Source: Mobula hypostoma
Taxonomy: Eukaryota
NCBI RefSeq assembly: GCF_963921235.1
Contig: NC_086100.1
Span: forward strand, 135,842,001 to 135,906,000
Reading direction: 5' to 3'
Length of the DNA stretch: 64,000 nucleotides
The translations under genes and the position numbers were made by a program. This document shows positions 12,392 to 23,987 of the stretch, in pieces (positions within the stretch are counted from its first letter, which is position 1; every line of letters begins with the position of its first letter). Under the pieces are notes generated by a model. That model made no database searches, had not been told where the DNA came from, and saw nothing but the letters and a program-made list of their open reading frames with translations.

Positions 12392-14850
12392 CTCCGTGTG
12401 TCTGGTGCCAATGCATTCCACAGATTCACCACCCTCTGGCTAAAGAAATTCCTGTTCATCTGTGTTCTAAAGGGACATCCTTCTATTCTGAGGCTTGTGC
12501 CCTCTTGTCCTGGACTCGCCACTTTTTGAAACATCCTTTCCATGTCCACTCTATCCGGGCCTTTCAATGTTCAGTACATTTCAATTAGATCTCCCCATAT
12601 TCTAAACTCCAGCGATAGCAGGCTCTGAACCTCATACATTAACCTTTCATTCCTGGGATCATTCTTATGAACTACTTCTGGACCCTCTCCAATGCTGGTA
12701 TATCCTATCTTGGATATGGGGCCCAAAGCTGCTCACAACACTATAAATGTGGTCTGACCAATGCCTTGTAAAGCCATAGCATTACACCCTTGCTTTTGAT
12801 TTATAGTCTTCAAAACAACTGCAAACACTGCATTTGCCTTCCTTGCTACCAACTCAAACTGCAAATTAACCTGCACTAGGTCTTCCAAGTGCCTTTGCAC
12901 CTCAAATTCCTGAATTTGCTCCTCATTTGGAAAATAATCTATACCTTTATTCCTTCTACCAAAGAGCATGACCATACTCTTCTGCACTGTATTCCATCTT
13001 TCACTTCTTTACCCATTTCTTAATCTGCGGACTCCCTGGTTCTCAACACTAATTGTATCCACCTATCTTTGTATCATCTGCAAACTTGGCCACAAGGCCA
13101 TCAATTCCATCATCTAGATCATTAACATAAAACGTGAAAAGTAGCTGACCCAACACTGACCCCTGAGAACACAACTAGTCACCAGCAACCAGCCAGAAAA
13201 GGCCCCCTTTAGACCCAATCTTCACCTTTTACCAATCAGCTAAATTTCTATTCATGCTAAAATACCATGGGCTCTTGTTCAGCAGCCTCATGTGCAGCAC
13301 CTTGTCTTCTGAAAATCGAAGTAAATGACTGACTCCTTTGTCTATCCTGCCTGTTAGTTAGAAACATAGAAAACCTACAGCACAATACAGGCCCTTCGGC
13401 CCACAAAGCTGTGCCGAACATGTCCTTACCTTAGAAATTACCTAGGGTTACCCATAGCTCTCTATTTTTTCTAAGCTCCATGTACCTGTCCAGGATTCTC
13501 TTAAAAGACCCTATTGTATCCGTCTCCACCACCGTCACCAGCAGCCCATTCCACACACTCACTACTATCTGCATTAAAAAAAAACTTGCCCCTGACATTT
13601 CCTCTGTACCTACTTCCAAGCACCTTAAAACTGTGCCCTCTCGTGCTCTCCATTTCAGCCCTGGGAAAAACCCTCTGACTATCCACACGATCAATGCCTC
13701 TCATCATCTTGTACACCTCTATCAGGTCACCTCTCATCCTCCACTGCTCCAAGGGAAAAAGGCCGAGTTCACTCAACGTATTCTCTTAAGGCGTGCTCCC
13801 CAATCCAGGCAACATCCTTGTAAATCTCCTCTGCACCCTATCTATGGTTTCCACATCCTTCCTGTAGTGAGGCTACCAGAACTGAGCACAGTACTCCAAA
13901 TGGGGTCTGACCAGGGTCCTATATAGCTGCAACTTTATGTCTTGGCTCCCAAACTCAATCCCACGATTGATGAAGGCCAATACACCGTATGCCTTCTTAA
14001 CCACAGAGTCAACCTGCGCAGCAGCTTTGTGTGTCTTAGGGACTCGGACCCCAAGATCCATCTGATCCTCCACACTGCCAAGAGTCTTACCATTGATACT
14101 ATATTCTGCCATCATATTTGACCTACCAAAATGAACCACCTCACACTTATCTGGGTTGAACTCCATCTGCCACTTCTCAGCCCAATTTTGCATCCTATCA
14201 ATGCCCTGATGTAACCGCTGACAGCCCTCCACACTATCCACAACACCCCCAACTTTTATGTCATCAGCAAATTTACTAACCCATCCTTCCACTTCCTCAT
14301 CCAGGTCATTTATAAAAATAACAAAGAGTAGGGGTCCCAGAACAGATCCCCGAGGCACACCACTGGTCACCGACCTCCATGAAGAATATAACCTGTCTGT
14401 AACCACTCTTTGCCTTCTGTGGGCAAGCCAATTCTGGATCCACAAAGCAATGTCCCCTTGGATCCCATGCCTCCTTACTTTCTCAATAAGCCTTGCATGG
14501 GGTACCTTGTTAAATGCCTCACTGAAATCCATATACATTACATCTAGTGCTCTACCTTCATCAATGTGTTTAGTTACATCCTCAAAAAATTCAATCAGGC
14601 TCATAAGGCACGACCTGCCTTTGACAAAGCCATGCTGACTATTCCTAATCATATTATGCTTCTCCAAATGTTCATAAATCCTGCCTCTCAGGATCTTCTC
14701 CATCAACTTACCAACCACTAAAGTAAGAAAGAATTTTCTGAAAGAATTCTTAACAGTTTTATCAGGCAAGATATCCTCTTAAAGAAACCATACTGAGTTC
14801 AACCTATTTTATCATATGCATCCAAGTGACCCGAAAACTCATCATGATGG
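12392..14850 (-). mobile_element. Older CR1 LINE interrupted by a younger CR1
   Basis: RNFFSQRVVNLWNAL and other CR1 ORF2 C-terminal peptides at 12392-13358, resuming at ~14729-14850. Confidence 0.75.
13359..14728 (-). mobile_element. Young CR1 LINE, 5'-truncated
   Basis: 298-aa ORF with SQHGFVKGRSC, YMDFSEAFNKVPH, GVPRGSVLGPLLF, SKFADD and VRPHLEYCAQFW. Tail (TTCTATGTTTCTA) on the minus strand. Confidence 0.95.
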
Positions 14851-15283
14851 ACTCAATGGAAAAACAAATAGGTTGAGTCATTGCATTTTTGGAATGGCAA
14901 AATGTAAACCCTCCATCACTTGCTGTCTTCTTGAGCTGAGTTCACTTAGTTGGTAGGCTTCAAATAAACACCATATAATTACCTAAAGAGGTGAATGTAG
15001 CAAAAATTTTTTGCTATTTGTGTAATATTTCCAAATAAATCAGTAATTACAGTGAATCTTAAGTAAGCCCAATATTTGATGATCAATTGCATCAAAACAT
15101 AAGCATTCTAAATGTTTAGGGTATATTTTCAGAGAAATAGCCTGGGTGTTAAAATTTTCAGTTTTCACTGGAATAAAAAATTGGTGATTTAACAGGCTGC
15201 TCTGCTCACATCCCCATTAATTGACAAACATTAATTCATATTTCAATTATTTCTTGGTAAAATTTCATTTGTTTTCTCGACAG

Positions 15284-15409
15284 GGTGTGTTACCAAACCA
15301 AAAGAATACTCCTGTGTTTGTGTCATTTTTGATTGCTCAGGCTGTCACCTCATTTTCTGGGGTATTGTCTTATCCTTTTGACACTGTGAGAAGACGCTTG
15401 ATGATGCAG
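15284..15409 (+). CDS. SLC25A31: ADP/ATP translocase 4, exon 5 (126 bp)
   Basis: ctcgacag| acceptor and CAG|gtcagt donor. Encodes [42 protein letters not shown], in frame with the preceding exon. Confidence 0.92.
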
Positions 15410-17383
15410 GTCAGTAGTAGATTTTGAGGTGCATTCTTGGATTCTCAAGAGCAATTGTCTGAGTTGTACAAAAAAACCAACAGAACCTCTATTTGCCTGG
15501 ATTGGTCAATATTAAATGGTAGTATTCAGCTTCTAAACATTACAATACTAAGAAATGGCAAAGACTTAATTTCAGTAGAAAGAACCCTGCTTCTTTGAAT
15601 ACCTTTGTGAAACATTCAATAAAACCTATACTTCATTTCATTATTGTAGTTAAAGTGGATCGTTCCAAAGTTATCATGGCCAGCTGTGTTGAATGCACAC
15701 AGGTCAAGATCTATGATCAGAAACAATAATGTTCTAAGTATGATGTCACTAAATTTTTAGCAGAAGCAATACCTTAAGTACAAGTACATCTGACAGCAAA
15801 TCAAAATTGTTGTGGACAGCTTAAAGGAGCCCCGGCATGGCTTGGTATAGAATATATGTGTTGCTGTTCACTCTATTTAAGCCTCTAATCATCACATACA
15901 CTTGTCTTTTTAATATTCCCCGAAGCAGAATGCATTGAGATGTATTAGCTTCAGCAAATATGGTATATAAGCAAGACTGCAAATTCAATTTTCCGAGGTA
16001 CATCTTACTGATGAGGCCCTAAGGTCTTCTGGAACTTTTCATTTAATGTTTTGTGAGTGAGTTGAACTAGAAATTCCAAATAAATTGCTACACTTTTCAC
16101 TACTGGTTCCAAAGCTAACCAGAGTCTTTGAATACACTTGATAGGTGACAACAAAATTCACTTTTGGAAAATACAGAGTGTATAAGGACAGAAAAATCCA
16201 GTGAGACTTCTACTGAAACAGAAGGGAAATAATGTTGCACTGTGAAAAAGATGATGTTCCTGAATGGCTGAAGGACTTTTTGAGCAATCTTCACATTGGG
16301 AGAAAAGCAATTTATTAAGTGGTTATGATGATGCACATGACTCTGCTTTAGTTTTATTATTTATAGTAGATTGCAGAAAACCATCCCAGGTACACTGCAC
16401 AAGAATTTTTACATCACACTTTTTTTTTACCATAATCTATGTGTAAATTAAATTTGCCCATGATTATAGTTGTACCCTTATTGGACATGCTTTTAATTTC
16501 CACATACATCATCATCACTACTACTATTGTTTGGGGGGAATATTTAATGGACTTGGAGTTCACTGTACTATGAAAAACACTTGGAAAGTATACAACACAC
16601 AGAGCAAGCTGCTGAGAAACTCAGTTACTCCTTGCTGAATATCTTGGTGAACTTGTAATGATCTGTAAGGATATGTTCTCTTGTCAGTGGACGGGAAAGT
16701 CTAAAATTCAGACTTAATTTTAGGCATTCTTTCTTTTACATTTCTAATTTAGTGTTTTAATTTTCCACAAAGTTTCCTTCATCAGGCCCACTGGATATGC
16801 TACAAGATGATGGCAGCAGCTCACGATTCAGAAGCTGCCAGGCCCATTTAGTGATGCACAATACCTTGGGTATTTTGCAGCAACATACCCTAAAATAATT
16901 GCTGAATAAGTGTTGAATTAATGTGCTTTACCAGGCTCCTTGAGCTTGTAGGCTAATATCAGAACTAACTCATTGAACGTGTTAAGGTCTGAACATATCA
17001 AAATGTGCTCAGAATGCACAATTCAAATTCAACTCAAATTCACAATTGCTGTCAACAATAATTTGATGGCAGAATATGTTACCGTGATGTATAATTTCTA
17101 AACGTTATTAAAGCACTTAGTTTGAATTTGGAAATCAAAATGGCATCTGGGGGAGAAAAGCAAACTAGATAGAACCTGTAGCCCGTATTTTGCAAAGGTT
17201 GATGTTTTCCAAAGTAGCAATTATGCTTCAAAATGTAATAACTTCACATTTAAATATTTCTCAACATAACTAGTAACAATTTCAATAAAATTTACTCTAC
17301 ATAATAAATTTAACACAATAATTAGGTAGGTTAGTATTATGAGAGCTCATGACATACTGAGAATTTGAAATTTTAATCCACAG

Positions 17384-17575
17384 AGTGGCGAATCAGATAG
17401 ACAGTACACTGGAACACTGGATTGCTTCCGTAAGATTTATAAACATGAGGGATTTGGTGCTTTCTTCCGAGGAGCCTTTTCAAATATCCTGCGTGGAACT
17501 GGTGGTGCTTTAGTTCTTGTATTCTATGATGAAATTAAGAAATTGTTAGTTATTTTGGAAAGCAAAGCTCGTTAA
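17384..17575 (+). CDS. SLC25A31: ADP/ATP translocase 4, last coding exon
   Basis: ccacag| acceptor. Encodes [63 protein letters not shown], with TAA at 17573-17575. It has the ANT4-type SGExxRQY and a C-terminal extension. Not in the ORF track. Confidence 0.93.
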   Translation, partial: SGESDRQYTGTLDCFRKIYKHEGFGAFFRGAFSNILRGTGGALVLVFYDEIKKLLVILESKAR

Positions 17576-18500
17576 GAAAATACATTTTGCAGTTCAATGT
17601 CTGTAAAGCATTATCCATGCTACTGAATGGATTCTTGAGTAACACGGAGAAAACAAAATTAAAATTTTCATTTTCTTTTAGTCGTACTTAGTTATACACT
17701 TAAGTGCAGGATCTTTAACTAGAACTTCCATGGTGAATTTTCAGAGGTAGTCTTTCCCAAATTCGTTTAAATAGATGACATTGTAGGTAAAAAAATAAAA
17801 TAAATTCAGGAAACAGCACCATTGAAAAATATTGATTTGACTACTACACCATTCTAAGTAGAGAATGGCAAGATTCATTACACCCACGAAGAGATTAAAT
17901 ATGCTATATGTCTCTCTAAATTGTCTTCCTAAACATTTAACAGCCAATGTCAATTTTTTTCTATACTTACAGAACACTTAACAGAGATATACTATATTTA
18001 ATAAAGCTTCTGCCAGGCTGCAGTAGAATTTTCTTAGAAATGAAGCTGTAGCTGCTTCTTATCCTCTGATGCACGGAAGTAGTTTGGAATATGCATCTTT
18101 TAACAGTTTTATATGTGAGGAATATCAGCAGAGTGTTTAAGTGGGTTCCAGTATTAGAAAAGTACAAAGAAGAGATTTTTCCAGAAAAATGTCCTCTAAA
18201 CTGAATACACCAAGTTAGCGACATTGTTTTATATTATTTTGGTTATACAAGTCAAACTTAATGCAGTCCAAAAATGCTTTGTTCTATTGGAATAATGAAA
18301 ATAGAGTAGTAAAATACTTTATTTAACTTATTGCAAAAATTGCATTTTGTGTTGTCAAGACAAAAATCTTGTAGATAACTGATCATTTAATACTGTAATA
18401 AAACAAATACTGTACATACTGAAATGTTTATTATAGAGTATTCTGGTATGTCATGTCATCATCAAAAATCTGAACAAATAAAATATCTAATACCAGCCAA
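17576..18500 (+). other. Probable SLC25A31 3' UTR with candidate poly(A) signals
   Basis: AT-rich, TE-free stretch after the stop codon, with AATAAA near 17794, 18000, 18397 and 18477. The true 3' end cannot be determined. Confidence 0.45.
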
Positions 18501-20148
18501 TCAGTCTGCTCTCAGTCATCCACTATGTAATGTGTTATCAATAGTGCCATCAAATGTTCTTTACTCACCACTAACTTTGTCCTGATTTTTTTTCTGATTG
18601 ATTCCGCTCCAAACCGCAATATAATCCTTGTCCAAATACGGATAAAATAAGGCAGAGAGCCCTGGTAAAGTTGATGTCAGTTGACATCAAGTACATTTGC
18701 TGTAATTGTTGGACGTCAATCATCCCAGCTGCAGGATGTCACTGCAGTAATTTTCAGGACACTGTCCTAAACCTGAGCATCATCGCTAATTTCATTGATG
18801 ACTTTTGTAACATAGCTTCAGAAGAGAGGGTTTCAGTGATTGCACGAAGTTCAATTCTATGGAATAATCAATGTGACTAAGGCCCAGACATCATTCAGAG
18901 ATGAGCTGTTAAGTGGCAAGCAATGAATAGCATCTCCAATAAAAGTCAACCTTTTCCATTATCAGAAATTAAATTGTATTAGAAACATAAATAATGTGAC
19001 TACAAGAAGAATCAGAGGCTAGGTACCCTGCAATAAAATAAGCAAGTCTCCTCTGTCATTCAATTGTGGGTGATTTATTTCCCATCAACCAGATTCTTGT
19101 GCCTTCTCCCTGAAACCTTTGACTCCCTTACTAAATGAGGACCAATCAACCTCTACCTAAAGTATACCTGATGACTTGGCTTCCACAGCTGTATGTGGCA
19201 AAGAATTCCAGGGATTCACAACACTCGTGCTAAAGAAATTCTTCCTCATTTCTTTTCCAAAGAGACATCCTATTTGATGGCTGTGCCCTCTGGATTTTGA
19301 TTCTCCTAGTTTGGAAGCATTCTGTCCACATCCTCCCTATCCTTCAATATTCCATACATTTCAATGAGATTTCTCCCCCGCCCCGGACTCTCCAACGCCA
19401 GCAAATTTGACAGATAGGCTTCCATTATTAATACTTCCATCTGCTCCAGATTTTGCTCAAGAACCTGTCTGTAAACATGCCTTTCTCAATTAAGTGGCTC
19501 CATTGTAAACTGATTCTGATTTTCATCTACCCAATAGAATACTCAGTATTTGCAAGTTTCTCTGTGGTTAACATTGCTTAGCTTTCCTTTCTTTTGAATA
19601 GAAGAATATCATTTTGGCAACCTTAGTATGTGGAGCAAAATTGTCACTGAAAGCATTTATGTCAGGCTCTCTGCATAAAATGAAACATTTTGGCATTCTT
19701 CATACTGCAGAAATAAGTTAACCATGAAGGAAAAGGAGGAAAATCAAAAGTAAATGATATCAGGAGGAATTTGAAGTCAAAAGGAACATTCAAAGAATGT
19801 AAGTTCTTTTCACCATAGAGACCAAGATTGCTTTGCATGTGCTGAAATTACAAAATGTACAAAATAAAGTCTGGTAAGCACTGAGTAGTGTTGATAAAAT
19901 TTATCATTATGCCTGTCATTCTATGTTCTGTACCTCTATTAAACTTTTCACAATATCTTTCTAATCTCTTTTTCTTTCCAGTACTTGCCTTTTGAAATCA
20001 CGTCAGCTATATGCCTCACCAATTTGCTAAGGTGAAATAAACACCTTAACCACTCTTTTTCTTAGTAAAGAAATGATACTTATTTGCTAGAATTCTCAGG
20101 TTTATTTCTATTTATTGATCTTAGTTTTTAAATCTCCCATATGAAAAT

Positions 20149-20446
20149 GTGGCGCGTGGCCAAGTGGTTAGGGCGTTGGACTAGCAATCTGAAGGACGTG
20201 GGTTCGAGCCTCAGCCGAGGCAGTGTGTGTGTGTGTGTGTGTGAGTGAGGCACTTAACCACACAATGCTCCAGTCTACCCAGTTGAGAATGGGTACCAGC
20301 AAAAATGCTGGGAGTTAACCTCGCGATAGACTGGTGTCCTGTCCGGGGAGGGAGTCCCGTACTCTCAGAGCTTCATGCCACGGAAACTGGCATAAGCACC
20401 GGCCTGTTGGTCCACAAGGCTCGTGACAGACTTTAATAAAACTTTA
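20149..20446 (+). mobile_element. tRNA-derived SINE, full length, 8-bp TSD
   Basis: A box TGGCCAAGTGG, B box GGTTCGAGCC, internal (GT)n and an ACTTTA-type tail. TSD atgaaaat at 20141-20148 and 20447-20454. Confidence 0.88.
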
Positions 20447-23136
20447 ATGAAAATATTGGCTTATTAATTGTTTTAAGAAATTGCATTATTTACACATGTT
20501 TAAAGTGATTATAAAAAAATCAGGAATATAACATGCATTTGACAATATGCAATTATTTTTCTTCAAGATCTTTACTAATACAGCGTATAGCCTGGATGCA
20601 TGCAGTGACATTCAAAGACATACATTGCACATCCGTAAATCAGTTCCAAGACCTTGCTTGTGTAATCAACATGTAGCACTTATGAGACCCACTTTATCGA
20701 TACTTAAAGAGGGCCCATCTGAGCATGGAGTCAAATAGGTACACTAAGCAACAGTGCATAATTGTGAAACTCTTCCAGGACAGATTGTGGATGATTGGAT
20801 AACTATTCAATGCTGATAACTCTTGCTGTAGTGATGGAAATTTTTTCTATATTTCAATGAAAATTAACCTGCCTTCACTTAAAAAATATTGCTGTAATCA
20901 CTCTAATAACTGCTTTATTCTCTTCAGACAGGTTTTTAACGAATATATTGAATTTTTGGAGGTATCCTTGGATACCTTTGCTCCCCTAACATATTCCATT
21001 GCTTACTTTATAAGCACATATAAGAACTATACTGAAATCTGAGATAGTTTTCTCCTTCAGCCCCAGCTGGTGCAGGGCCCTCTCCATTGATTCACATGGA
21101 GCACACCTATTGGGCTTGTGTTCTGCCAGGTTATTACAATGGTAAAGACCCAATTTGAGTGTACACATAAAGGCCTGAATTTGGGTGACATGGAATTTTC
21201 ACTAATGATACCAGACCAGACATGAAATTTCATCTCCTGGCATTTCACTACTGTACGAATATTCTGCAGAATGCTCTATCAGTCACAGGCATCTGCTTCT
21301 ATCAGCATCCAGATCAAAGTTGTCAGGATCCCTATGGAGCATTTGAAGCACTGCCAGATAAAATATTGCACCATTGTACATCTGCTAGCTCTTTAAAAAA
21401 GATATCTAATGAGTTCGCCATGTCTTAAGCCATAATTCAAAAAATATTTCATTTTCAAATGTTTATCAAATTCTCTTTTTAATGTCATTAATGAAGTCAT
21501 AACAATAACTCTTTCCTCACTGTACATCTAGTTCTTTTTCCATTTGCCTTACATTTATGTCTTTTGCTTTATGACCCTTTTGTCACTGGAGGAAATAGCA
21601 TTTTTTCTTAATTATATGAAAACCTTTCAAGATTTTAAATTGCTACAATTATTAACTCTTAAGGTACGATTTAACTTGTATTCTCTGAATCACACAGATG
21701 TTCATATTCTTAAACCTTGACATTCAGTGTTGAAAAGTTGTTATGCTTCTTGAGTAATTAATAACAAGACGAGACATCAGCAGGAGTTCAACCATTCAGC
21801 CCCTTGATTATATATGATCATGATGACCTTATATGCCAGTATTACTTACCTGTACTAATTGCTCGATATTCCCTTACTATCACAAATATTTTTACTGAGC
21901 TTCCACAACTGTCTTGGATAGGGAATTACAAAGATTCACCATATACCAGTGAAGAAATTTTTTGCCATCTTGGTACTGAATGGCTGACCCCCTTATTTTG
22001 GCACTAACTATTGATTGTAGAGATCCCAATCAGCAGAAACATCAACTATTTTACTTTAATTTTTATGCATTTACCTTGTCAAGCCACTTGGCAATTTTGT
22101 ACACTGCAACAATTCACAGAGTGCACAAGCCTAATCTATTTAATCTTGCCCAGTACTGCAAAGTGGCATAACAGGTAAAGCTGCTGCCTCAGCTCCATTG
22201 AACAAGGATTGCCTGTGATGCTTAAGCAATATTTGCATGTGATCCTTGTGAAGGATCCTCTGGTTTCCTCCCACATTCCAAAGACATAGCTTGGTTGATT
22301 AATTTGCTCCAGAGGAAACATCATCTGCCTTGTTAAGACACAAAATGGTTTTGAATAGTTCAGTGATATTATCTCTTGTTCTTCTAAACTCAAGAGAACA
22401 TTGTCCCAATCTACTTATTTTCATAGGAGATATCATACCCTCTATCCCAAAAATCAGTCGTATGCACCTTATGACTCACCTATCTAGCAATTGTTGACAT
22501 AAGTTCGAAGAGCGAATCCCGATTGAATTTCACTGCACACCACTCCAATGTGCAATTCAAACAATGTAGTGCTGATTTAAATCACAGAACTCAGTGCAGG
22601 CCAATTTCAAACTAAAGGCTTTCTCAGTTATTATGATTGCTACTTTCTAGCTAAACACAAGTGGTTCAGGACCATGTTTAAAGTAATTAGATTATTTTAA
22701 AGTTTTTATGTATGATTGATTAATTCTCTTCAGATTTAGGTTAGCTAAGGTCAGATAACATGATCCATCCGCAAGTTATGAGAAAAGTCATGCAAACACA
22801 ATCGGATAGAATGTGATATTGTAAAATTGAATCCAATGAGTATTTTCCGAGAAAATTAATATTCGGTAGTAATGATCTGTTACCACAAGGTGGCCTAAAA
22901 TACACTCTTTAATCAAAGAGTTTGAAAACATTTTCAAATCTGATATATTAACCCCCAGCTTCCTTTCTAGATGACCTCCATTCTGAACCTAATCTACACT
23001 GTAGAGACAAATGGAAGCCCATCTACTGAAATTTTTGGACTATATGGTAGCCAAGGCAAACTGCAACTTATTGAGTTCAGCCATGTACATAAACTGCTTT
23101 GCAAATTTAGTAATAAATTTCAAATAGAAGAATATA

Positions 23137-23730
23137 CAAGGGGTGATTGATAAGTTTGTGGCCTAAGGTAGAAGGAGTCAATTTTAGAAAACCTAGCACA
23201 TTTATTTTTCAATGTAGGCCCCTCCTACATTTACACACTTAGTCCAGCGGTCATGGAGCATACAGATCTTGGACTTCCAGAAAGTGTCCACAACAGGGGT
23301 GATTGATATGTTCGTGGCCTAAGGTTGAAGGAGATGAGTTATACAGCTTTTGTTACATGCACATGCAGTTCAACTCTGAATGATTATGCAAAAAGTTTGA
23401 AGTTAATAATGCATCAGGGGTGATTGATAAGTTTATGGCCTAAGGTAGAAGAAGATGAGTTATTAACTTCAAACTTTCTGCATAATCACTCAAAGAGCTG
23501 ACCTGCATGTGCATGTAATGAGAGCTGTATAACTCATCTCCTTCTACCTTAGGCCATGAACATATCAATCACCCACCTGCGGACACTTTCTGGAGGTCCA
23601 AGATCCATATGCTCCACGACCGCTGGACTAAGTGTGTAAATGTAGGAGGGGGCTATGTTGAAAAATAAATGTGCTAGGTTTTCTAAAATTGACTCCTACC
23701 TTGGGCCATGAACATATCAATCACCCCTTG
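23137..23730. mobile_element. Palindromic mariner-type MITE (594 bp)
   Basis: TA TSDs at 23135-36 and 23731-32. Termini caaggggtgattgata / tatcaatcaccccttg, with ~280-bp inverted arms. Confidence 0.9.
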
Positions 23731-23987
23731 TAAAATCTGACACGAGCAGAGACAGTCCATTCTTTTCAGTAGAGAAGAACATGAAAGGACAGGAGTCCAC
23801 CATTTAGCCCATCATGTCAAATTCTAGTTGAGTAATCCAATCAATTACAATGCCTGCAACTTATTCTCCGTTTATCCAATCTGTTTTGAAGACATTGATT
23901 GTTTCATTTCTATACGATCCTTATAAGCAAAGGAATTCAAAGTTCTAACTACTCTAATTATTTTTTTCCACATATCTATTTCTTATA

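Noticed and set aside
13873-14769. Longest ORF (298 aa) as a host gene
   Set aside because: It is CR1 reverse transcriptase, truncated and followed by a stop and frameshifts.
20149-20220. tRNA-like sequences (also at 42719 and 54980)
   Set aside because: A/B boxes without a complete cloverleaf, followed by SINE bodies and tails, with TSDs on two of them. These are SINE heads, not tRNA genes.
23137-23460. Regularly spaced ~38-bp direct repeats resembling a CRISPR array
   Set aside because: Eukaryotic context, spacers of 80-120 bp mirrored in the opposite arm, and TA TSDs. It is a MITE.
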